Below are positions 25,860 to 33,659 of a stretch of 33,659 nucleotides of DNA, in pieces (the stretch's first letter is position 1; each line of letters begins with the position of its first letter). Made by a program: the position numbers and the translations under genes. This DNA comes from Atractiella rhizophila (lineage: Eukaryota): assembly GCA_021432655.1 (NCBI GenBank), contig MU271665.1, positions 1-33,659 of the forward strand. The letters run 5' to 3'. The notes under the pieces are model-generated. The model did not search any database. It was not told where the DNA came from and saw nothing but the letters and a program-made list of their open reading frames with translations.

Positions 25860-26097
25860 CAATGACATAATCAACTCACATTAACTATATACATTTCCCT
25901 CGCACTCCACGCACTCCAGCAGTCTATTATTCGTACTCACCCCCTAATCCTTTACCAGCAACAACAGCCTTCAGCCCTGCGTTCGAAGGTGCAAGAAATC
26001 CCAATCCCAACACGGTAGGAGCAGGCGCAGTGGTGTTTAAAACGGCGAAGGGTCAAGGGTCAGTCGTATTGGGAGGGGGTTGGGTTTTGTTCGTCCC

Positions 26098-26178
26098 TAC
26101 AGGTGGGGGCGGTGGAGGGGTGTTCGGCTTTGCCGGGAGTGCGCTCGCTGGAGCAAGTAAGTCCGTGTGGCCTTCCGG
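26098..26178. CDS. TOM70: Tom70 start and first 27 codons (complement reading)
   Basis: The complement of 26098-26178 is ATG TCC ACC CCC GCC...CGG AAG GCC (MSTPATSPQAETALTRATSFIQAHRKA). It fuses in frame to CTC ATT ATC (LII...) starting at 23174 on the minus strand. Confidence 0.9.
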
Positions 26179-26200
26179 NNNNNNNNNNNNNNNNNNNNNN
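26179..26200. other. Assembly gap (22 N), probably of zero true length
   Basis: Run of N. The 10 bases after it (26201-26210, GCGTCAGTCG) are the mirror image of 23175-23184 (GCTGACTGCG), so the two sides overlap. Confidence 0.9.
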
Positions 26201-26968
26201 GCGTCAGTCGCCAAGGAGGTAAGCGGAACGAAGATGCTAACCAGCATAACCCGGGCTCCCGCAAACTGTCGTGAGCATCTCATCACTGCTGCTCAGGTGC
26301 TTCGCAATGCCAAAGTCAGCGATGACCAGCTCGTTAGAGCCTTGTTCACGATAAAGCAAATTTTCGGGCTTCAAATCTCGATGAACGATGTCGTTGGAAT
26401 GAAGATACTCGACTCCTTCCTAAGTTGTGACGTGAGCAAGCGAATATGCTTATCGGAAAGGTTAGAGAAGACGCACCAACGTTGCGCGAATAACTTCCAC
26501 GGCATCGACCTCCGTGAACTTCCCTCTCTCACATATTCGATCGAAAAGCTCTCCTCCAGACGCAAGTTCGAAAACGAGGTAGTACTTCTCTCGGGATTCA
26601 AACCAGTCGAAGAATTTAACTATTAACCAGCATTCCTATAAACAACCGCCCATAATACCACGATAAAGGAGTAGAGCAGCAACGTACCAATGCGATTCGA
26701 ATCCAAATGCTTCATAACCTCCATTTCATCCCATACCACCTGTTCCTGTCCCTTCACACTGTGCTTCTTGATAATCTTCACTGCGACATCAATAGGAGGA
26801 TCGTGAGTTAACCAAGTCGCCTTCTTCACGCTCCCAAACGTCCCAGATCCCAAAACATGCTGGAACTCGTAATTCTTCTTCTTGTAGTAAGACGTGGGCT
26901 ACATTGATAAAATCAGCTGCCTGATACAGTGCTGAATCAACAAGCAGTACCTGACGTCCAAAGTGCAT
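26201..26968 (-). CDS. CMK1: Ca2+/calmodulin-dependent protein kinase (CaMK1/Cmk family), N-terminal half
   Basis: [92 protein letters not shown]. It breaks off inside an intron at the gap. ATG at 26968 is tentative. Confidence 0.9.
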
Positions 26969-27781
26969 CTCGGGCCAGAATCAGACGCCTCAAGGCTGGC
27001 ACTATTAGGTGACGTTGGTAGGATGAAGGGAGTGATTCTTGCGTTGAAACTGGAAGGATTCTTGGCCTCCTGATTCTTCAGCTGGAGGCACTGTCCGTAA
27101 GTTGGCCCTAGCAAACCTAATCTTTCCTGCCTTTTTTGGAGCAATGATTGTTCTCTTAGCTGTTAAGAAATATCCTTAAGCGTAGGGCAGGTATAGGCAC
27201 CAGTTGGGGCTAAAGATGGAAAGAACGCGATTGCGACTTGGGGGGTACCAACAATGCCAGTGGTAAGCGTGGTTGTTTGTTTACTTCATCCCAAAACTTT
27301 TTTCGAGTACCTAAGTCAAAGACAGTTGTAGGCTATACTGTAACACTTGTGGCTGCCTCCTTTCCTTGTATCTAAATTGTAAAAGGTTGGCTCAAAATGG
27401 ATAATGATAATGGGCAATCCATACAGTAACTTGACCGCTTCTCATTTGTATCACGAGCCCGTTGCGCTTCATCCTCCGTCTTCCATTTTTTAACGCATAT
27501 ACACCCGCGTCATATGCCTTCTCTCCCATCATTTCTCTTTCATGTGCTCCTAACCACGGCACTCTGCATCATCCATGTGGCCCTTGGTTGTCTGAAGAAC
27601 CAACCGTTAACCGGCTTGCCACACGCACCACTATCTTCCTCGTCCTAAGTAATAACTAATGACCTTATTCATTCATGTCTACTTTGACGAAATCTAATGA
27701 CGCTTCGGTATTTGGCCATATTGTTTATTCCTTCACATGTGTAGAAAGCTCAAAAAGAGTCAGATGAGTTCTCTAACATAT

Positions 27782-28832
27782 CTAAGTCTCTTTCACAGCC
27801 GCTCCTCCTTGCTCCTTTAAAGCCTTCAAATGCGTCACAATGTATTCCCAAGATCCCTCTTCTCCTTTACATATGCTGAGATCCCTTTTATATCCCTCTC
27901 TTTCTCCTGTTACCCACCATTCCCGTATCCTGCTTCGTCCGTGATACACATTCCAATGCAGTTTTGCACAAAGAGGAAACTCGGTGTCTTTGCCTACCTC
28001 GTCGATGGAATGGCTTTCGATTCGCCTCATGAAGTTTGCATGATCTGCATTTGGTTCGAGAGCTGAACCCAGAGCAAGAGAGGCGGATGGAATGGAATTA
28101 GGGAAGACAGTAGGCCAGAAGAGAATCATGAGGTCGAGCGCATAGGCGATGTATGCTTCTGCCACACTGAGCGGTTCATCTTGGCGTCCTGTCACTGAAG
28201 CTCCAACCGAACTTGAGAAAATACTTACTTTCGGAGGAAACGCTGAAGAAGTGGTCGAAGTCTTTTGTGTTGAGTTGATATTCCAGGCGCCGCAAGTTTG
28301 TGAGAACAAACTCTTGCTTGTATCCCTCCAACTTTTCTACCGTTATCCAGCCCTTTCAAGACGAATGTCAGTGAATATTCCTTTTATCGCGATAAAGTAA
28401 AATTGCGCACTGGCTCGGTGATGTAGAAAATGTTGAATCGATGCGTCGCCGCGGCGGTTGTCAACATTTTCTCCTTCGCCTTTATGAGGGCCCCTTTTTT
28501 TGCCTTTCTCTCCCTTAAGCATTGCTCATACATCGAGAGAGGAGCCTTACCAGGATACCTCCCCCAAACTCCTCTTCCAACAATGCACCAATGGCCAAAC
28601 ATTCCGAGAGGACGAAAGATTCGCCATGATACTTTGCTGTCAGAATGGGAAACAATCCGAAAGGATAACCATCCTCAGGATTCAACTTTCCTTGTTCTCT
28701 CAATGCAGAGATTTCTTCATATGTGATCGTGGAGTACTCGAAAGGACGACCCGAATTGATGAGCATGAGAAGGAGTGGCTCAACGAGACCGCGGAGAGGG
28801 ACATATTGCAACGAGATGTCTGTTAAGGCCAT
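27782..28832 (-). CDS. Glutathione S-transferase-like protein, tandem copy A
   Basis: Thioredoxin-like GST N-domain pattern SLQYVPLRGLVEPLLLML...YPFGLFPIL...FVLSECLAIGALL and C-domain N-capping-like LSVAEAYI. Three short introns. Confidence 0.7.
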
Positions 28833-29247
28833 GATAGTCAAGGCGACAAGAATATGGAACTGGTGGTAGTGCCTTTTGAGATGCTGAAGGATAACATAGG
28901 GCTAGGCTGCTTTTGTAACATTGCGATGCGGTTCGTACTTTGCGGCTCATACTTCTCCGGATGCGTTTGCCATTTGCATATCAGCCGTCACCCGCCTGCG
29001 TTTGCTTGGCGCCACTCTTTCGTCCTATTCTTTGCGGTTCATTCTGATCAATTAAGGGTGCCTCGCTGTTTAGGCTGTTTAGGTAGCTCAGGCAGAATAC
29101 CGAACTCAAGGTGGGATGTGGTGAATAGCAAACAATCTCGCAGTAGCTGTTCATTCGTGCTTCAACGCATGTTAATTACCCCTGTATGTTGAAAAAGAGC
29201 GCAAAACGAGATATGGCATCTCTCCTCTGACGTATCCTAAGATTCCT

Positions 29248-30282
29248 TCACAGCCGTCCTCCTTGCTCCTTTAACGCTTTCAACTGCGTCACAATGAATT
29301 CCCAAGATCCCCCCTCTCCTTTGCTTATGCTCAAATCCCTCTTACATCCCTCTTTTTCTCCTTTTACCCACCATTCTCGTATCCTGCTTCGTCCGTGATA
29401 CACATTCCAATGCAATTTCGCACAGAGAGGAAACTCGGTGTCTTTGCCTACCTCGTCGATAGAATGGTTTTCGATTCGTTTCGTAAAGGTTGCTTGATCT
29501 GCATTTGGTTCAAGAGCTGAGTGCAGAGCGAGAGAGGCAGATGCAATGGAGTTAGGGAAGACAATCGGCCAGAAGAGCATCATGAGATCGATCGCATAGG
29601 CGATGTATGCTTCTGCTACGCTGAGTAGCTCATCTTCGCATCTTGTAAATAAATACCTTATCCAACTTAGCAAATACATACCTCCAGAGGAAACACTAAA
29701 GAAGTGGTCAAAGTCTTTCGTCTTGAGTTGATATTCCATGCACCGCAAATTTGGGAGAATAAACTGGTGTTTGTATCTGTTCAACTTTTTTGCTGTTATC
29801 CCATTCTTTCAGGACAATGTAAATGATTGATATTCTGTCAGTGTGAAAGAGAACTGCGAACTGGATCAGCGACGTAGAAAACGTTGGATCTATGCGTGGC
29901 GGCGGCAGTTGTTAACATCTTCTCCTTCGCCTTTGTGAGCGGCCCTTTATTTTCCTTTCTCTCCCTTAAGCATTGCTCGTACTCGAGAGAGGAGCCCTAC
30001 CAGGATACTTCCCCCAAACTCCTCTTCCAATAAAGCACCAATGGCCAAACATTCCGAGAGGATGAAAGATTCGCCATGATACTTTGCTTTCAAAATGGGA
30101 AACAATCCGAAAGGATAACCATCCTCAGGATTCAACCTTCCTTGCTCTCTCAACGCAGAGATTTCTTCATATGTGATCGTGGAGTACTCGAAAGGATGAC
30201 CCGAATCGATGAGCATGAGAAGGAGTGGCTCAACGAGACCACGGAGAGGGACATATCGCAACGAGATGTCTGTTAATGCCAT
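29248..30282 (-). CDS. Glutathione S-transferase-like protein, tandem copy B
   Basis: Highly similar to copy A along its whole length (MALTDISLRYVPLRGLVEPLLLMLIDSG...), with apparently the same intron positions. Confidence 0.7.
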
Positions 30283-30604
30283 GACAATCGATGCGACAGG
30301 CGGAGCTGGTCGTATCTGGTCGAAGGTATAGAATCATGAATGCTGAGGACCGCTTTTGTAGCTGCCATGCGGTTGCTGCTTGTGGGACGACTGTCCGCAG
30401 GTTTGAATATTCTAATGTTGTCCGCTTCGCTGACTTTGCACTGTCGTCTTTCCGCGTTGTTTGACATTCGGACTTGCAGCCAACTAGTCGTAGTACCGAG
30501 ACAGCGAGCTGGGATGTGGCGAATAAGGTGCAACCCTGCTGTGAGGTCATCACGAAGTGCTGCGTCATGGATCGTAGCTCGAGATATCGTCACCTCTCCT
30601 TCTG

Positions 30605-30628
30605 TATAAAGCAGCGATAAAGTATAAA
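30605..30628 (+). promoter_or_regulatory. Two TATA-like boxes (TATAAA) upstream of the gene at 30721
   Basis: TATAAA at 30605-30610 and 30623-30628, about 95-115 bp upstream of the ATG. Confidence 0.45.
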
Positions 30629-30720
30629 AGCCATCCCATCCACCCCTGAATCCCAATTTCCAAGCACAAACCTTTGACGAAATCTAACGACTTAAAAATC
30701 TCTATTAATCAATCAACATC

Positions 30721-31281
30721 ATGGGTCTCTTTCGCAAGAACACCACCAACACCACCACCAATAACTCTCGCGGCGCTCCGCCTGCCACTCGAGACGCTGG
30801 CCGAACTTCGACTTCCTCCACCACCAGATCTGGCAGCATGTTTGGCAGGCGTAGCAACTCTCCTCGCAACTCCGCCGACAGTTTTTCTCACACCGATAAT
30901 CTGAGGAAACACGACAGGACGATCGGAGGTGCTCAACCCATCACTTCTCAAGCCTTGTCAGATGCGAGGAACGGATTGAATAGAGCCGTTCAGGCGGAAA
31001 GAGACGCACAAGCGGCTTTGGAGAGGAGCAAGGTTTCCCTGTAGGCATTTGAATATCCATTTCTTTTCAACCTCAGAAAGATGCTCACGCATCGCTTGTC
31101 TGGACTAGGCGAGAGGCGAAACAACACGTCACTAAGCTCGAGGAGGAGGCCAACAGGGAAGCCAAGTTGGCTCAGGCTAAGTTGAAGGAGGTAAGTTCAT
31201 TGTCTCTGCGTTCTCTATGCAATCTAATGGATTGTGTAGGCGTCTGGAATGAAGAAGGTCACTAGGGGCATGGGTCGCTAA
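30721..31281 (+). CDS. Small conserved fungal hypothetical protein with helical Ala/Glu/Lys/Arg-rich C-terminus
   Basis: MGLFRKNTT...ALSDARNGLNRAVQAERDAQAALERSKVSLREAKQHVTKLEEEANREAKLAQAKLKEASGMKKVTRGMGR* after removing two GT-AG introns (about 31041-31088 and 31191-31239). Confidence 0.75.
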
Positions 31282-32198
31282 ATCGCTCGTTATCCTTCGA
31301 TTTGTGTATAGTGGTGATGTGAATAAGTGAATAAGCCGTTTCCGGGCTTGAGTTCCTTTTCTTTGTACAACTTTGGCAGCGTACCCTTGTCTTTGTTATC
31401 CATATATACCATTGTGCAATTAGCGCATAATCTTACTACAAACATGGGACATTATCCATAATGGCTATCCCGGTTTTGATGTTCTGGAACCAGCCAGTTG
31501 GCCCCATCTCGACCAGACTGTGAGAAGGAATAATCTCTTAGTTGAGATTCCCGCTTAGGCTGGAAGCCCCAAGGCCAAGTATTCGGAAAGTTAATGCAAC
31601 ACAACATCAGTAGCTGTAATGAATCATGCTATGCCAATTCATTCTTTGCCAGCAACATTGTTATCAGATGTATATGAATAAGACAGCAAAGGGAACGGCA
31701 TGCTGCTTTTGTGAGATATGAACGGAACAACTAACGTGGTCCAGAGGGAACAAGGTCGTATTGTCAACCTGATTTTCTGCGTCTGCAAGCTTCAGCAACA
31801 TTTTTTACATGTAGAGCAAAAAGAGAACTCTCGGAGAAGGAGTTGAACCTCCGTCGACTGCAAGACCAGCAGGCATCCTACCGTTAGACCATCCGAGATT
31901 TGTTAATACTCCTTGAACAAACCAGCGTGAAGAATACAAAACTGTGACGGGGTTCGGTGTGCCTGCGGTCGTCGATCTTTGACCGTTCACCGTTCCTGCA
32001 CCTAGCTTGATCAGTGCATATCAGAAATGTTGGGAGCGCCAGAAGCTGAGGGACAGGGAGGCGGCAGTTCGACAGAATTAGGAGAAGCGAGCTGAGACAA
32101 CTTAACTTTCGACACTGAATCTTGTCTCTTGGAACTAGGGTTGGAGATAACACATACAGCATCGCCAATATACTCGTGAATCGGCTCGACAGGGATTC

Positions 32199-32275
32199 AT
32201 ATTAAGGCAGATAATTGCTACCTCAGACCAACTTGAGAAATATTAAGGCATATAATTGCCACCTTAGACCAACTT
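32199..32275. repeat. Imperfect 36-bp direct repeat, two copies, 41-bp period
   Basis: ATATTAAGGCAGATAATTGCTACCTCAGACCAACTT versus ATATTAAGGCATATAATTGCCACCTTAGACCAACTT (3 mismatches). Confidence 0.9.
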
Positions 32276-32843
32276 TCCTAGGGTGACACCAAACCCCATC
32301 ATCAGGGCAAATGAGAATGGGGCAGAAGTAATCCTACTGAGCTTGCCATCGAGCCTACCTGAGCGTAATAATCACCGCTCTTTCAGTAAAGCATGACAAC
32401 TCTTCTAACCAAAATATACTTCGCACGACACGCAAGTTCAAATGAGCCTCAAACAGTTCCTCGTGGACAGGTGAGGAGGTGAGGCTATGTACGATCAAAT
32501 GACCGAAAGAAAGGGCATAACCCACTTTCCTTAAATCTGTCCGAAAGCACCAGAAAACATACATGGCGTTCAGAAGCAGCTTGTTCACCTCCTACATACT
32601 GTCCCAAGATCAAAGGCCCCCTGCAACTACCACATAACATCCACAATTTCCCAGCCCCAATCCCCTCTATTCCTTCAGAAACATGTACCCAATCATGAAT
32701 TAGCTATGGATAAGGCGACAACGGATAACTCGAGCATCCATCTTCGATAGGTCCACCACACTATAGTTTATAGTACGGGAATTAGTTGTGTTCTTGTTCT
32801 TAACTGTTACTTCAAAGAGATCTCAACGCGTTATTACCTATTC

Positions 32844-33659
32844 ATGGACGCGTTTGCAGCTCTCCGAGCCGGACAAGCAAAAGCTTCAACAGCAGGGAAT
32901 GGACCAAGTGCTACTAATGGTGCAAAAAGGAAGGCGGAGTTAGACGAAAAGCTGCAACCGTGGGTTGAGAAATAGTGCGTCTTCCTTCTTACTGGGTAGT
33001 CTGGAATAAGGACATTGAAGCTCGGGATCGATGGAAATGGTGTGTAGCAGACCTAAGACGATCGATGATGTCGCTGCACAGGAGCATACCGTGCAGGTGC
33101 TGAGGAAGACTCTGGGAAGCAGTAATGTACTGCCGTCCCAAACGCCTACACACTGTTGAGGAATAGTCTATTAGCTCCCTCACATGCTGTTCTACGGCCC
33201 TCCTGGTACTGGAAAAACCTCAACTATTTTAGCATTGTGCCACCAGCTATTTGGGTAGGTTTCCTTCGCATCCTCCTTCATGGTTCATAGCTAAACTCGC
33301 GATTTAGACCCCTCTTCCATTCACGAGTTCTTGAGCTGAATGCATCCGACGAGCGTGGCATCGCAGTCGTAAGGGAGAAGATAAAAACCTTTGCCAAAGC
33401 CGCTGTTACTGAACAAACGAGCAAAACTGCGTTCGTCCTATCCCAGCCGTGAATGGAGCAGGACTAACGAGTTTATGCACCATTCAATTCGTTGCGTCCA
33501 TAGACCTCCATACAAGATCATTATTCTAGATGAAGCGGATTCAATGACAACGGATGCTCAGTCTGCACTTCGAAGAATCATGGAGACATACAGCAGGATA
33601 ACCAGGTTCTGTCTTGTCTGCAATTATGTCACGCGGTGTGTTATCTCTACTAACTCTAG
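32844..33659 (+). CDS. RFC2: Replication factor C small subunit (yeast Rfc2 / human RFC4 type), 3'-truncated by the window
   Basis: [92 protein letters not shown]. Confidence 0.93.

Larger units (their letters stand above)
23175..26178. other. 3,004-bp mirror-reversed (reversed, not complemented) segment
   Basis: No credible gene in six frames, but the base-by-base complement and the simple reverse give spliced coding sequence that joins exactly to the flanking TOM70 and kinase genes. Confidence 0.95.

Noticed and set aside
23175..25900. RIP-mutated or degenerate transposon explaining the TA-rich, ORF-poor region
   Set aside because: The skew is explained by mirror reversal; the complement and reverse readings give intact spliced host genes.
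26030..26286. ORFs spanning the N gap (Gly-rich 26030-26626 +, Pro-rich 26053-26286 -) as a real protein or as the kinase C-terminus
   Set aside because: They read through Ns into mirrored sequence. The true kinase C-terminus is the complement of 23201-24121.
32199..32275. CRISPR array
   Set aside because: Only two units with a 5-bp spacer, no cas genes, and a eukaryotic context.

Overview
Eukaryotic, gene-dense fungal genomic DNA. It has ~45-60 nt GT-AG introns, many with GTTCGT/GTGCGT/GTACGT donors; a basidiomycete origin is my inference. In order, the window holds: a 5'-truncated F-box/LRR-like gene, a coiled-coil hypothetical, an FAD-dependent monooxygenase, ERCC1/RAD10, an OB-fold protein, COX17, a Zn2Cys6 transcription factor, an FAH-family hydrolase, a fungal membrane protein, TOM70, a Ca2+/calmodulin-dependent kinase, two tandem GST-like paralogs, a small conserved fungal protein and a 3'-truncated RFC2. 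The main observation is that the 3,004-bp block 23175-26178, next to a 22-N gap, is written mirror-reversed (reversed but not complemented). It looks non-coding in all six frames. Read as the simple complement or simple reverse, it supplies the missing 3' half of the kinase, the missing first 27 codons of TOM70 and a further hidden spliced gene. This is most likely an assembly or gap-fill artefact rather than biology. The best candidate for new biology is an 863-nt, hairpin-rich intron in TOM70 that may host an uncharacterised structured RNA. All gene models were spliced by eye, so internal exon boundaries are approximate.
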